Shown here: one piece after another, positions 51,861 through 61,990 of the stretch
Layout of the letters: every line of letters starts with the position of its first letter
How positions within the stretch are numbered: the stretch's first letter is position 1
Origin: Longimicrobiales bacterium
GTDB lineage: Bacteria; Gemmatimonadota; Gemmatimonadetes; Longimicrobiales; Gaopeijiaceae
Reading direction: 5' to 3'
NCBI GenBank assembly: GCA_965248195.1
Contig: CBDFIQ010000002.1
Span: 2,944,001 to 3,008,000, forward strand
Length of the DNA: 64,000 bases
The notes under the pieces: model-generated
What the model saw: the letters and a program-made list of their open reading frames with translations, nothing else
Databases searched by the model: none
Told to the model about the DNA's origin: nothing
Program-made: the position numbers and the translations under genes

Positions 51861-51998
51861 CGAACCTCCCGAGTGATTACGGAAGGTCAATCCATCGCCC
51901 CCTCTGTGTCCACTTTGTAGGGTTCACTCCAAGACCTGTGCAGCTTTCGATGGCCGTTGACACGGGGAACATAATGGGGGAGGGAGGCCGTGGGAAAC

Positions 51999-52026
51999 TT
52001 GACATTTCATGGGCCCTTTCTAGGTT
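51999..52026 (+). promoter_or_regulatory. Putative sigma70 promoter of the tRNA pair
   Basis: TTGACA-N16-TAGGTT upstream of the IS1595 insertion site. Confidence 0.4.
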
Positions 52027-52132
52027 CCAGCGCACAATTGAAGGGTGTTTCGGAAACGTTTTGTGTAGGTTTGGGTAGGGATCCGAGACACCCTTTTTCT
52101 TGGGGGATTATATCCAATCGTAACCAAACCCC

Positions 52133-52161
52133 TTGACTTTGGCCAGTCATAATGTTACTAT
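52133..52161 (+). promoter_or_regulatory. IS1595 transposase promoter
   Basis: TTGACT-N17-TACTAT; AGGAG RBS before the ATG at 52190. Confidence 0.55.
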
Positions 52162-52189
52162 TAGTCTGTAAATTAGACTAGGAGAAACG

Positions 52190-52827
52190 ATGGCTAAGTC
52201 AGGACCCGGTAAGCACTTCCGAAAGGGGCTCTCACTCATTCAGGTTATGCGGATGTTCCCAGACGATGCGACGGCAGAGCGGTGGATCGCTCAGTGCCGG
52301 TGGGGCGGCGAGCCCGCTTGCCCGCATTGCGGGAGCGATAACGTCCAGGTAGGCGCGAAGCATCCGAGCCAGCCCTATCGTTGCCGCGAGAAGGGTTGCC
52401 GGAAGTTCTTCAGCGTGAAGACCGACACGGCAATGGCCGGGAGCAACCTGGGCTGTCAGACTTGGGCCGTTGCTACGTACTTGCTCGCTACGGGTCTCAA
52501 GGGCCAGGCGTCGATGAAGCTTCACCGCGACCTAGATATCGGACAGAAGGCCGCATGGTTCCTGGCGCACCGCCTACGCGAGACGTGGGAGGCGCAGCAA
52601 GCCCCTTTCACAGCAAGCCCCTTTCAAGGGGCCGGTGGAAGTAGATGAGACCTACATCGGCGGCTTGGAGAAGAACAAGCACGTAGGCAAGAAGGCGAAC
52701 CTGGGCCGGGGCGCGAGTGGCAAGGCCGCCGTGGCAGGCGCGAAGGATCGGGCGACGGGCAGGGTGGCCGCCCGCGTCGTCCACGCGACCGACAGGCAGA
52801 CGCTGCAAGGCTTTGTACGGGGCCAGA
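52190..52827 (+). pseudogene. IS1595 transposase, frameshifted and truncated
   Basis: Zn-ribbon CPHCGS..YRC..C, FSVKT, VEVDETYIGG; 16-bp duplication at 52595-52626. Confidence 0.9.
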
Positions 52828-53237
52828 TAGGAATTGAAGTAAAGATACTAGCCAAGGCGATGATTAAGCAGATCGGTCGCGTTCAAAACGACTTGCGGGA
52901 TCAGGTTGCCCAGTTTCAGCGTGGTATTGGAACGCCCATCTGTGTCGGCATTGTTGGCGTTAATCACGCTGACTACTGCATAAGCTACGAGGGAGAACAG
53001 GCTTGGCCAACGGATGGAGTAAGGCACAAGCACCCAATCCAAGAGGCGGAAATTGCAGAGCAGCGACTGCGAGAAGAAGTGGGCACCAAGTTTGACGAGC
53101 TCTTGTTTCTCCGCTACAAGGCGACGAATGATGAGCCGTACCCGTTCGAGTGGGCTAGCTACGCCGACACTTTTCAGGACTACGGTGCCGCCTTAACTCG
53201 CATCTCTCGCGCTTATGACACAAGGTTTGGGCCGTGA
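52828..53237 (+). pseudogene. C-terminal part of a passenger gene, possibly a PD-(D/E)XK nuclease, fused to the transposase
   Basis: Abrupt switch to IGIEVKILAKAMIKQ with lower GC. Confidence 0.45.
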
Positions 53238-53449
53238 AAGAACACCAACAGGACCTACCCCAGGCGGAGCCGCCCATGAAAGACGATGCAAAGGCACCAT
53301 CCAAGCGCGGCCGCCCGGTCGAGCACTCAATGCCGGACCCCATACCGGACACTCCCGAGAACATCATGAAGGCGTTCCTGAAGACGCCGCCGCGCAAGCG
53401 TGAGGAATGGAAGTTCGTGCAGGAACGGGACAAGAAACAGGCCCCATAG
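53234..53449 (+). CDS. Small hypothetical protein at the IS1595 end
   Basis: KRGRP...PIPDTPENIMKAFLKTPP; overlaps the upstream stop (GTGA). Confidence 0.55.
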   Translation: MKEHQQDLPQAEPPMKDDAKAPSKRGRPVEHSMPDPIPDTPENIMKAFLKTPPRKREEWKFVQERDKKQAP

Positions 53450-53491
53450 CGCCGGGGCCGTGGTTACGATTGGATATAATCCCCTTTTCTT

Positions 53492-53564
<73 letters not shown>

Positions 53565-53568
53565 TTGG

Positions 53569-53613
53569 AAGAGGGGTGAGCCCGTCACTCAGGACGTGCA
53601 GCCCCTCTTTTTT
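53569..53613 (+). terminator. Hairpin with T-run between the tRNAs
   Basis: aagagggg...cccctctttttt. Confidence 0.45.
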
Positions 53614-53614
53614 A

Positions 53615-53686
53615 GGCGCCGTAGCCAAGCGGTAAGGCAGAGGCCTGCAAAGCCTTTATTCCCCGGTTCGAATCCGGGCGACGCCT
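53615..53686 (+). tRNA. tRNA-Cys(GCA)
   Basis: agccaagcggtaaggc D-arm, ctGCAaa loop, ggttcgaatcc; one C-A mismatch in the acceptor stem. Confidence 0.92.
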
Positions 53687-53887
53687 CTAGGGTTTCGGGA
53701 GTTATCGACATCGGCGCGAATTTGGCCACCGTAATCTACCCGTGTCACGGCGTTGTCGAATGCACGGCGCAGAGACCCTATACGCGTCCCAGCTTCGGCT
53801 CGTCGCCGTCGACAATCATGGTGGAATACCCAAGGCGACCGTTTCCCCGCGTAGGTCCGCAGTCGGTACGCGGCTGAGTTTCGGTTC

Positions 53888-53999
53888 GCCTGAGCCCCCG
53901 CTTGACCCCCCGAACGCTGGCGTGAGGCCGCAACTTGACCCGTTTGGCACTGCCCCTCACGTTATCCCGACCCGTCAAAGGGCTTTTGGTTTACCTATC
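53888..53999 (+). mobile_element. IS91-like oriIS end with promoter
   Basis: TTGACC-N17-CACGTT; caaagggcttttggtttacctatc|CTCA. Confidence 0.65.
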
Positions 54000-54310
54000 C
54001 TCACGACGGACCTCGATATCGTCGCGGGAAAATGGAAGGACAGACGTTACGGGACGTACCGCGGAATCCGGAAGGGCAAAAGCCGGTCCGGAGGGGTCGC
54101 GTTCGGCGACAAGGGGATTCTGACCTCGTATCAGGTCGAGGGGAACAACAGCTATCACAATCTGCTCGTTGAGATCGTGAAGTTCTTCAAGACTGGGAAG
54201 TCGCCCCGTCTCCACTCAGGAGATGCTGGAGGTGGTGGCCTTCATGCAGGCGGCCGACGTGAGCAAGGAGCGGAAGGGCGCCGAAGTCAAATTGTTCGAG
54301 CTTGATTGAA
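54000..54310 (+). pseudogene. 3' fragment of a Gfo/Idh/MocA oxidoreductase
   Basis: DIVAGKWKD..GTYRGIR, IVKFFKTGKSP, then frameshifted EMLEVVAFMQAADVSK; no start. Confidence 0.65.
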
Positions 54311-54418
54311 TGGACATTCACCGCGGAGGACACGGAGAAACGCTTTCCCGGGATGTGCCGAAGAGTGAGGTCTCTGTATCTCGGGGGTGGTTTTCTTTTT
54401 AAGGACACTGGAACGCAC

Positions 54419-55690
54419 ATGAGCACTCCGCAACTTCAGTCCAACCGTCTTCGTGCCGGCATGGTGGGCATGGGGATGATCTTCGACGAGACGTACCGTC
54501 CGATGTTCGAGGCCGCGCATGCGGAAGGGATCTTTCGCAAGGAGTTCGGCTACATCGAGCTGGAACTGGCCGGGGCCGCCACGCGCACGGGTTCCCGCGC
54601 GTCGAAATACAAGAAGGCGGCGGGGAAGAGGATTGCCGACTTCCAGAACTTCCATGGCGCCGACTCCGTGGACAAACTCATCGCCATCCATCCCCACTTC
54701 GTCTGCGTCGCCTCCCCGGACGATCGCCACTTCGAGGCGGCCAAGAAGGCGCTCTCCGCGGGGCGACACGTGCTGGTCGAGAAGCCTTCGGTGCTGAAGC
54801 GCCAGCAGCTCGACGAGCTGGTGGCCCTGGCGAAGCAGAAGAACGTCCTCGCCAAGGTGGTCTATCACAAGCTGGCCGACCCCGATCACAAGAAACTTCG
54901 CACGCTCGTGGAGGACGGCGAGCTCAAGCACGTGAACACGGGGTACTGCTCGCTCCTGGAGCCCAAGAGCATCTCGGGCGGGCAGTTTGCGGAGTGGATC
55001 AAAGGGCGAAATCCCGGGACGTACGTCGCGGTGCACTACATCAAGCTGATCGATTTCACGTTCGGAGGCCGCCTGAAGGCCGTCAGCTGCTCCGGTCAAC
55101 GGGGTCTCGTCGGTCCGAAGGACGGCAACACCTGGGACTCGACGCAGCTTCGGATGATCTATGAATACCAGGATGGCCGCGACGCCGCATTCGACATTCA
55201 CACGAGCTGGGTGACCCCGGACAATTTTCCCGGCTATGTCGAGCAGGAGGTCCAGTTTCGATTCGACAACGGCCTCTGGAGCGGCCATTCCCGCCGCCGC
55301 GGGGTCGAATGCACCATCGAGGGGAAGACCCCGCTTTCGGCGAAGATCTCGATGAACAACCATTACAACGCGCCCTTCGTTGAGCCGTGGGGTGCGCGAA
55401 GCCAACGCGGTTACGGACTTGAAATCCTCAGGCGGTTTGCCGAAGAAGTCGCGACCGTGGAGTTCGGCGGTCCTCCGGAGGGCCGGAAGGATCGACTGGA
55501 AGCGGCGCAGTCGCTCCGTTACAATGACCTTTCCGCGGACACGCAGGTGGTGGCCGCCGTCCACGCGATGGAGGCGATTCTCGACCACGCCTCCCGGGGC
55601 GAACCGGACGGCGTCGTCCGCATCGACGGCAAGGGACGGATGGCGCTCCATCTTCCGGGAAAGGCGGATCCCGTCGTCCTCTATCCCTGA
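54419..55690 (+). CDS. Gfo/Idh/MocA family oxidoreductase
   Basis: GMVGMGMI, ASPDDRHF, HVLVEKP. Confidence 0.85.
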   Translation: MSTPQLQSNRLRAGMVGMGMIFDETYRPMFEAAHAEGIFRKEFGYIELELAGAATRTGSRASKYKKAAGKRIADFQNFHGADSVDKLIAIHPHFVCVASPDDRHFEAAKKALSAGRHVLVEKPSVLKRQQLDELVALAKQKNVLAKVVYHKLADPDHKKLRTLVEDGELKHVNTGYCSLLEPKSISGGQFAEWIKGRNPGTYVAVHYIKLIDFTFGGRLKAVSCSGQRGLVGPKDGNTWDSTQLRMIYEYQDGRDAAFDIHTSWVTPDNFPGYVEQEVQFRFDNGLWSGHSRRRGVECTIEGKTPLSAKISMNNHYNAPFVEPWGARSQRGYGLEILRRFAEEVATVEFGGPPEGRKDRLEAAQSLRYNDLSADTQVVAAVHAMEAILDHASRGEPDGVVRIDGKGRMALHLPGKADPVVLYP

Positions 55691-55703
55691 TTCGAGGAAA
55701 CCC

Positions 55704-57098
55704 ATGCCGATCCGTCACGACCACGAACCGCGGTCCAACGAAGCGCGCGAGGCGATCGAACGTGGCGAGCCCAGATCGCTTCGTACCTTCACGCCGTCGC
55801 AGGCCGTCATCAGTCGGAGCGCGGGGGTGTACCACTGGACCGCCGACGGCCGGCGGCTGTACGACTTCACCTCCGGCGTGCTGGTCGCCAATCTGGGCCA
55901 CAATCCCGTTGCCTGGCAGAAGCGGTTTATGAACTACATGGGCTGGGAGGAACTCCCGGCCAAGAAGTTCTTTGAGGCGGTCCCGTTGACGGCGTACAAC
56001 GCCATCGCGGGGATCGAGGCCGAAGCGGTTCGGCGGCTGATCGCCAACCTCCAGGGGAAGCCCGGGGGAAGGCGGATGGAGCAGGTGCTCTGGGCGGCGT
56101 CCGGGTCCGAAGCGATCCAGAAGGCGCTGTGGACCTCCCTGGCGGTCGATCCGAAAAGGACGTTCATCATCGCCACCCGCGATGGGTTTCACGGCAAGAA
56201 GGGACTGGCCGAGGCGGTGACCGGGAGCGAAAAGGACAAGAATCGGGATTCACGCGTGCGGTTCATTTCCTTCCCCAAGAAGGAGCGCGAGGATCTCACG
56301 CAAAGGAAAGACGCGTTCGATCCCGCGCCCTATGCGAAGGAACTCGAAGCGCTGGAGAAGGAACTGGGCGGGGACCGCATCGCCTGCCTCATCACCGAAC
56401 CGTATCTCGGAGGCGGCGGGTCCTATCATCCCCCGAAGGAATATCTTCAGTTGCTTCAGCAGTTCTGCCGGAAGACCGGGGCGTTCTTCATCCTCGACGA
56501 GATTCAGTCGAACTTCGGCCGCACGGGAAAGATGTACGCGTTCGAGGCGTACGAGCTGGAGCCGGACATCGTCGTCCTGGGCAAGGGCCTGGGAAACGGC
56601 GTTCCCGCCGCCGCCGCCGTGGGTCGCGCGGACATTTTCGCTGCATTGGATTACGGAGAGGCATCGGACACGTTTAGCGCCAATCCGCTCTGCTGCGCGG
56701 CCGTCCTCGCCACGCTTGACGATTTCGAGGGCCGGGACATCCTCGGCCGTGCGAACAAGATGTCGGCGATCCTCGAGAAGGGCCTCCTGAAGATGAAGGA
56801 GATCCCGTTCGTCACGTCCGTGCGGGGTGAAGAGGGCGGCATGGTGTGGGGGGTCGAGATCGGCGCCTTCGGGGGCCGTTCAGACCATGAAATGGCGTGC
56901 GCGTGCGTCGAGGCGGCGTACTTTGGGGACGCGAAGGGACGCGCCGTTCACCTGATGGGGCCGCTGGCGAGGAAGGTGCTTCGCATCGCGCCGCCAATCG
57001 TGATCACCGAGGCGGAAGCCCGGGAAAGCATCGAGGTGTTCGACGCGTGTTTCCGCGCGCTTGAGAAGAAGCTGGGGGCCGTGAGCAGTACCGTGTAG
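55704..57098 (+). CDS. Class III PLP-dependent aminotransferase
   Basis: SGSEA, GFHG, DEIQSNFGRTG, PDIVVLGKGLGNG. Confidence 0.9.
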   Translation: MPIRHDHEPRSNEAREAIERGEPRSLRTFTPSQAVISRSAGVYHWTADGRRLYDFTSGVLVANLGHNPVAWQKRFMNYMGWEELPAKKFFEAVPLTAYNAIAGIEAEAVRRLIANLQGKPGGRRMEQVLWAASGSEAIQKALWTSLAVDPKRTFIIATRDGFHGKKGLAEAVTGSEKDKNRDSRVRFISFPKKEREDLTQRKDAFDPAPYAKELEALEKELGGDRIACLITEPYLGGGGSYHPPKEYLQLLQQFCRKTGAFFILDEIQSNFGRTGKMYAFEAYELEPDIVVLGKGLGNGVPAAAAVGRADIFAALDYGEASDTFSANPLCCAAVLATLDDFEGRDILGRANKMSAILEKGLLKMKEIPFVTSVRGEEGGMVWGVEIGAFGGRSDHEMACACVEAAYFGDAKGRAVHLMGPLARKVLRIAPPIVITEAEARESIEVFDACFRALEKKLGAVSSTV

Positions 57099-57197
57099 AT
57101 CGTAATTCTTCGCCCCAACATGCGTTGCCGCCTCCGTGAAAGAATCGTATTGTGCCCTCGGAGAAAGATGTCAACTCAACGAACAAGGTTATCGCGA

Positions 57198-59339
57198 ATG
57201 GCAATGAAAATTCAGGTTCCGAGAATCTGGCTTGGCGTTGCCTTTTTTGGCGGCTTCGGCGCCTTGATCGCCACGGCTCAGCAGGCCGCCTCACAGGCGC
57301 CATACCCTGATGACCAGTCGTTATTGCAGGCGCCTGCGGAAGAATGGCTGACGTACGGACGTGACCACGCGGGCACGCATTTCAGTCCCGTTGATCAGAT
57401 CAACGTCGGCAATGTGGATCAGTTGGGGTTGGCGTGGTCTTACGATCTGGGGGCATATCCCGGGCAGTTGGAAGGGACTCCGCTCGTGGCGAATGGGACG
57501 CTCTACGGTACGCTCACTTGGAGCGTCGTCTACGCAGTCGATGCTCGGACTGGCGAAGAAAAGTGGCGGTGGGATCCGCTGATTCCGCAACAGCAGTACG
57601 TCACGGATTCCCGCGGGATCCGGCACCGCCGAGGACCCAGCCTCTGCTGCGGCCCGGTCAACCGCGGGGTCGCCCTTTATGAGGGCAAGGTCTACGTCGG
57701 CCTTCTGGATGGACGACTGGTCGCGCTAGACGCGGACACCGGCGAAGAGATCTGGACGGTCGCGGTCACGAGTCCCCAAGATGATTACAGCATCACCGGC
57801 GCGCCTCGCGTGATTAATGGAATGGTCATCACGGGGAACAGCGGTTCGGAGTTCGGAGTGCGCGGCTTCGTCTCGGCGTACGATGCCGACACGGGAGAGT
57901 CGATCTGGCGTACCTACACGGTGCCGGGCGATCCGTCTAAGCCCTTCGAGAGCGAAGCGCTGGCAAGGGCGGCCGAGACGTGGTACGGCTCCTGGTGGAG
58001 ATTTGGAGGCGGCGGGACGGTATGGGATGGGATGGCCTACGACCCCGAGCTAGATCTTCTCTACTTCGGTGTCGGAAACGGCGCGCCATGGCCACGCGAT
58101 ATCCGGAGTCCTGGGGGCGGCGACAACCTATACCTCGCCTCGATCATGGCCGTTCGCCCCAGCACGGGCGAATACGTGTGGCATTATCAGACCTCACCCG
58201 GCGACGACTGGGATTACGCCGCCACCCAGCCGCTGATTCTTGCGGATCTCGTCATCGACGGGCGCGAACGCAAGGTCATCATGCAGGCACCCAAGAACGG
58301 CTTTTTCTACGTGATCGACCGGGTCAGCGGGGAATTCATTTCCGGAAAGCCGTTTGCTGAGGTGACGTGGGCCACCGCGATCGACTCGGAGACGGGCCGC
58401 CCCATCGAAACCCCATCCGCGCGGTACGGTATTGAGGGTGCGCAGCTCTCCCCAGGGTCTGACGGGGCGCACAACTGGCACTCCACCTCTTGGAACCCGG
58501 AGACGGGTCTTGTCTACCTCCCCGGGCAGGAAACGTCTAGGTGGTACTCCGTGGATCCCGACTTCGCGTTGCAACTTGGCCAGCCCGCCTTCGGGATGGG
58601 GCGTCGTCGGCCGAACCAGGCGCAGCCGAGCTTTGCCCCTGCGGCTTCTGCCCAGCCGGCTGCAAGACCGCAGGTTGGGCCACGGAACCGGGAAGTCGAT
58701 CCACAGGTTGTGGGCCTCGGCGGGACGGGAGGCTTTCTGGTCGCGTGGGATCCGGTCGCCGAGGAAGAACGGTGGCGGCTCCGTTTCGAGGAACGAGGGA
58801 TCACCGGTGGGACTCTGTCGACAGCCGGGAATCTCGTGTTTCACGGGAACGGGAGCGGTACGTTCAATGCCTACCGTGCGGACACTGGTGAGATGCTCTG
58901 GGAGTTTCCGCTCGCAGCTGGCTTCGCGAATCCGGTCACCTACGTACTGGACGGTCGCCAGTATGTGTCCGTCGTCACTGGCCGAAGCGGGAGCTATGCG
59001 CCGGGCCGTGTCTACACTTTTGTGTTGACCGCAGATGCGCCGGCACCGTCCATGGCGAGCCGGCCGCCGCCAACGCTCCCACCAGTTGAACCGCCTCCCG
59101 ATGGGTTCCTGGGTGGACTCGCGGGAGCCGAGCTCCCCGATCTTCCGGGCAGTGAGTTCGCACAGCAGACCTGTACATTCTGCCATTCGGCCGACCGCAT
59201 CGTTGGTACCCGGCGGACCGAAACGGAGTGGAGACTGCTCGTGAAAAGCAAGAATGAGCGTGGCTTTCTGACCCAGACGACACCGGAGCAACGGGCGGCC
59301 ATCATCGATTATCTGAGCCGCGCACTCGGGAGAGGGTAG
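57198..59339 (+). CDS. PQQ-dependent alcohol dehydrogenase with C-terminal cytochrome c
   Basis: LCCGPVNRG, GGGTVWD, WDYAA, APKNGFFYV, GAHNW; CTFCH; start uncertain. Confidence 0.88.
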   Translation: MAMKIQVPRIWLGVAFFGGFGALIATAQQAASQAPYPDDQSLLQAPAEEWLTYGRDHAGTHFSPVDQINVGNVDQLGLAWSYDLGAYPGQLEGTPLVANGTLYGTLTWSVVYAVDARTGEEKWRWDPLIPQQQYVTDSRGIRHRRGPSLCCGPVNRGVALYEGKVYVGLLDGRLVALDADTGEEIWTVAVTSPQDDYSITGAPRVINGMVITGNSGSEFGVRGFVSAYDADTGESIWRTYTVPGDPSKPFESEALARAAETWYGSWWRFGGGGTVWDGMAYDPELDLLYFGVGNGAPWPRDIRSPGGGDNLYLASIMAVRPSTGEYVWHYQTSPGDDWDYAATQPLILADLVIDGRERKVIMQAPKNGFFYVIDRVSGEFISGKPFAEVTWATAIDSETGRPIETPSARYGIEGAQLSPGSDGAHNWHSTSWNPETGLVYLPGQETSRWYSVDPDFALQLGQPAFGMGRRRPNQAQPSFAPAASAQPAARPQVGPRNREVDPQVVGLGGTGGFLVAWDPVAEEERWRLRFEERGITGGTLSTAGNLVFHGNGSGTFNAYRADTGEMLWEFPLAAGFANPVTYVLDGRQYVSVVTGRSGSYAPGRVYTFVLTADAPAPSMASRPPPTLPPVEPPPDGFLGGLAGAELPDLPGSEFAQQTCTFCHSADRIVGTRRTETEWRLLVKSKNERGFLTQTTPEQRAAIIDYLSRALGRG

Positions 59340-59355
59340 CTGGGGGCTGGCTCGG

Positions 59356-60174
59356 GTGCCGTCGGTGAGTCCATTCGATTTGGCGGGCCGGGTCGCGGTC
59401 GTCACCGGCGGTTACGGCGTACTTGGCGGCGCCATCGCGGCCGACCTGGGACGGGCCGGGGTTCGGGTCGCGGTGCTTGGTCGGCGGCGGCAGGCCGCCG
59501 AGCGGCAGGCCGACCAGATCCGCCAGGCCGGGGGCGAAGCCATGGCTCTCGTTGCCGACGTACTTGACGAGTCTGCGCTCCGCAAAGCCCGCGACGAGCT
59601 GGTGGGCCGGTGGCAGGTCTTAGACATCCTGGTCAATGCTGCAGGTGGCAACGTAGCGCGTGCCCGGAGCGATGTCTCGAGCGTTTTCGACGTACCGATG
59701 GATGCCTTCGATGAAGCGCTCCGGCTGAATCTTCACGGCACGGTGTTTCCCTCGATGGTCTTCAGTGAGGGGATGGCTGAGCAGGGCGCCGGCTGCGTAG
59801 TGAACATCTCTTCAGTGGCGGCAAGTCGGGTCCTCAGCGGGGTCATGGCGTATTCTGCCGCGAAGGCGGCGATCGACAATGTCACGCGCTGGCTCGCGGT
59901 AGAGCTGGCCCGGAGACATGGCGAGGGTCTCCGGGTCAACGCGATCGCCCCAGGATTCTTCCTTTCGGAGCAAAATCGGGCCGTCCTTGTGAACCCGGAC
60001 GGCAGCTACACGGACCGGGCAACAAGTATCATCGCCCACACGCCCATGGGCCGTCTCGGCAACCCCGACGAGTTGACGGGTACGGTGCGCTGGCTGTGCA
60101 GCGATGCGGCATCCTTCGTGACCGGCGTGGTCGTGCACGTCGACGGCGGCTTTAGCGTGTTCAGTGGCATCTAA
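59356..60174 (+). CDS. SDR oxidoreductase, D-mannonate oxidoreductase-like
   Basis: TGGYGVLG, NAAGGN, YSAAK, VDGGF; precedes uxuA. Confidence 0.85.
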   Translation: MPSVSPFDLAGRVAVVTGGYGVLGGAIAADLGRAGVRVAVLGRRRQAAERQADQIRQAGGEAMALVADVLDESALRKARDELVGRWQVLDILVNAAGGNVARARSDVSSVFDVPMDAFDEALRLNLHGTVFPSMVFSEGMAEQGAGCVVNISSVAASRVLSGVMAYSAAKAAIDNVTRWLAVELARRHGEGLRVNAIAPGFFLSEQNRAVLVNPDGSYTDRATSIIAHTPMGRLGNPDELTGTVRWLCSDAASFVTGVVVHVDGGFSVFSGI

Positions 60175-60228
60175 TCGACGCGTGCTTGAGTGTGCGAGGG
60201 CTTACGCACCTGGAGGCGCCTGGTGTTG

Positions 60229-61269
60229 ATGAGTTTTCGCTGGTTCGGTCTCGAAGATGCGGTGCCCCTCGCCCACATCCGTCAGATCCCCGGCCTGAAG
60301 GGGGTCGTCGCGGCTCTTTACCATCTGGCTCCCGGGGAAGTTTGGCCTAAGGACGAGTTGAGCCGCCTCTCGGAGACGATCGAGGCCGCGGGGCTTCAAT
60401 TCGCCGTGGTCGAGAGCATTCCTGTGCACGACGACATCAAGCTGGGCCGCCCCTCGCGGGACCGGCTCTTGGAGAGTTACTGCCAGAGCGTCCGGAACAT
60501 GGGCGAAGTTGGCGTCCCTGTTCTCTGCTACAACTTCATGCCCGTTCTCGACTGGACCCGAACAAACCTGGCCATGCCGCTGGAAGACGGATCAACCACC
60601 CTCGCGTACGATTCGGTCGAGCTCGCACGCCTCGACCCGTCTCGGGGCCCGGCCGCGCTGCCAGCCTGGTCCGTGCCTGAGAGCGGAGACCTTCCCGGAC
60701 TGCTGGCTGCCTTTCGGGAGCTAGACGAGGAACGACTTTGGGAGAACCTCGCATACTTTCTCGAGGCCGTGGTGCCCGTCGCCGAGGAGTCGGGCGTGAA
60801 GATGGCGATCCATCCGGACGACCCGCCCTGGCCCGTCTTCGGTCTCCCGCGAATCATCACGGACGGGCCCTCGCTCGAGCGGCTGGTGCGCCTGGTGGAT
60901 ACGCCCGCGAACGGCATCACATTCTGCACCGGATCGTTGGGTTCCCGCCCGGACAACGACCTCCCCGAGATGATCCGCCGGCTGGGTCCGCGGATCAACT
61001 TCGCCCACTGCCGCAACGTCCTAATTACCGGCGACAGGCAGTTTTACGAGAGTCCTCATCCATCCCGTTGGGGGAGCGTCGACCTCTTGGAGGTACTCCG
61101 AGCCCTGCGAGAAGTCGGGTTCGCCGGCCCAATGCGTCCGGACCACGGCCGGATGATTTGGGGAGAGACCGGGTTGCCGGGGTACGGTCTTTTTGATCGA
61201 GCTCTGGGCGCGACGTACCTCCAGGGGTTGTGGGAGGCGGTCGACGGTGGAGCGGTCGCGAACACATGA
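60229..61269 (+). CDS. uxuA: Mannonate dehydratase
   Basis: FRWFG, VVESIPVH, CYNFMPV.DWTRT, IHPDDPP, RPDHGR. Confidence 0.93.
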   Translation: MSFRWFGLEDAVPLAHIRQIPGLKGVVAALYHLAPGEVWPKDELSRLSETIEAAGLQFAVVESIPVHDDIKLGRPSRDRLLESYCQSVRNMGEVGVPVLCYNFMPVLDWTRTNLAMPLEDGSTTLAYDSVELARLDPSRGPAALPAWSVPESGDLPGLLAAFRELDEERLWENLAYFLEAVVPVAEESGVKMAIHPDDPPWPVFGLPRIITDGPSLERLVRLVDTPANGITFCTGSLGSRPDNDLPEMIRRLGPRINFAHCRNVLITGDRQFYESPHPSRWGSVDLLEVLRALREVGFAGPMRPDHGRMIWGETGLPGYGLFDRALGATYLQGLWEAVDGGAVANT

Positions 61270-61306
61270 TGCAGCCCCGACCGATGGCCGAGTGTGGAGC
61301 GTCCGG

Positions 61307-61990
61307 GTGACGGGCCTCATCGAAGAGTTGAAGCGGCTTAGAATCGTGCCCGTGGTCGTCATTCGGGACCCGCTTCAGGCGACATCTCTGGCAGAGGCGC
61401 TCGTCGATGGGGGCCTGCCGTGCGCTGAGATCACCTTCCGCACAGCGGGCGCCGCGGAGGCGCTGCGACGGATCGCCCAGGAGTGTCCTGGCGTGCTCGT
61501 AGGGGCCGGTACCGTGCTCACTCCCGGACGGGCGGCTCTGGCAAAGGAAGCCGGAGCTCGTTTCGTGGTCTCGCCCGGGTTCAACCCTCGCGTCGTCGAT
61601 TACTGTCAGGCACACGAAATCCCCGTCTTTCCAGGAGTGTGTACGCCGACCGAGATCGAGGCCGCTCTCGAGAAAGGGCTCGAGGTCCTCAAGTTCTTCC
61701 CCGCCGAACCGATGGGCGGGCCACGCTTCCTCAGGGCCATTTCGGCACCCTTCCCCGGCCTGAAGTTCATCCCCACAGGCGGGATCAGGCTCGAGGAGCT
61801 CACAAGCTACCTAAAGCTGGACGAGGTCGTCGCGTGCGGAGGCTCCTGGATCGCACCCGCGAGCTGGATCGACGACGGTGCCTTCGACCGGATCCGGACC
61901 GAGGTCGCGCACGCCGTGGCGGTGATCCACGGGGCTCGATCGGAGGACGATCCGGTTCGAACAGCGGGAAAGTCCCGGGAGGCGAAATGA
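61307..61990 (+). CDS. eda: KDPG/KHG aldolase
   Basis: EITFRT, GAGTV, VSPG, KFFPAE, PTGGI, GGSW. Confidence 0.93.
   Translation: MTGLIEELKRLRIVPVVVIRDPLQATSLAEALVDGGLPCAEITFRTAGAAEALRRIAQECPGVLVGAGTVLTPGRAALAKEAGARFVVSPGFNPRVVDYCQAHEIPVFPGVCTPTEIEAALEKGLEVLKFFPAEPMGGPRFLRAISAPFPGLKFIPTGGIRLEELTSYLKLDEVVACGGSWIAPASWIDDGAFDRIRTEVAHAVAVIHGARSEDDPVRTAGKSREAK

Larger units (their letters stand above)
50649..51931 (-). mobile_element. IS3-family element without target duplication
   Basis: IRs tggagtgaaccc...gtggaca / tgtccac...gggttcactcca; A7G slippery site near 51589-51596. Confidence 0.92.
52103..53484 (+). mobile_element. IS1595-family element, internally deleted, 8-bp target duplication TTTTCTTG
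   Basis: Perfect 24-bp IRs ggggattatatccaatcgtaacca; duplication at 52095-52102 and 53485-53492. Confidence 0.93.

Noticed and set aside
52041..52096. Long-loop inverted repeat as a riboswitch or ncRNA
   Set aside because: The stem aagggtgtttcgga/tccgagacaccctt is real, but I recognise no RNA family; it is probably tRNA leader structure.
53742..54305. 187-aa ORF, and similarly 47500-48312 and 9911-10102, sharing PHVVPTRQRAF
   Set aside because: The shared peptide is just the translated oriIS repeat read into gene fragments.
57198..59339. Lanthanide-dependent (XoxF/ExaF-type) dehydrogenase
   Set aside because: The active-site motif is WDYA, lacking the extra Asp (D-x-D) of lanthanide enzymes.
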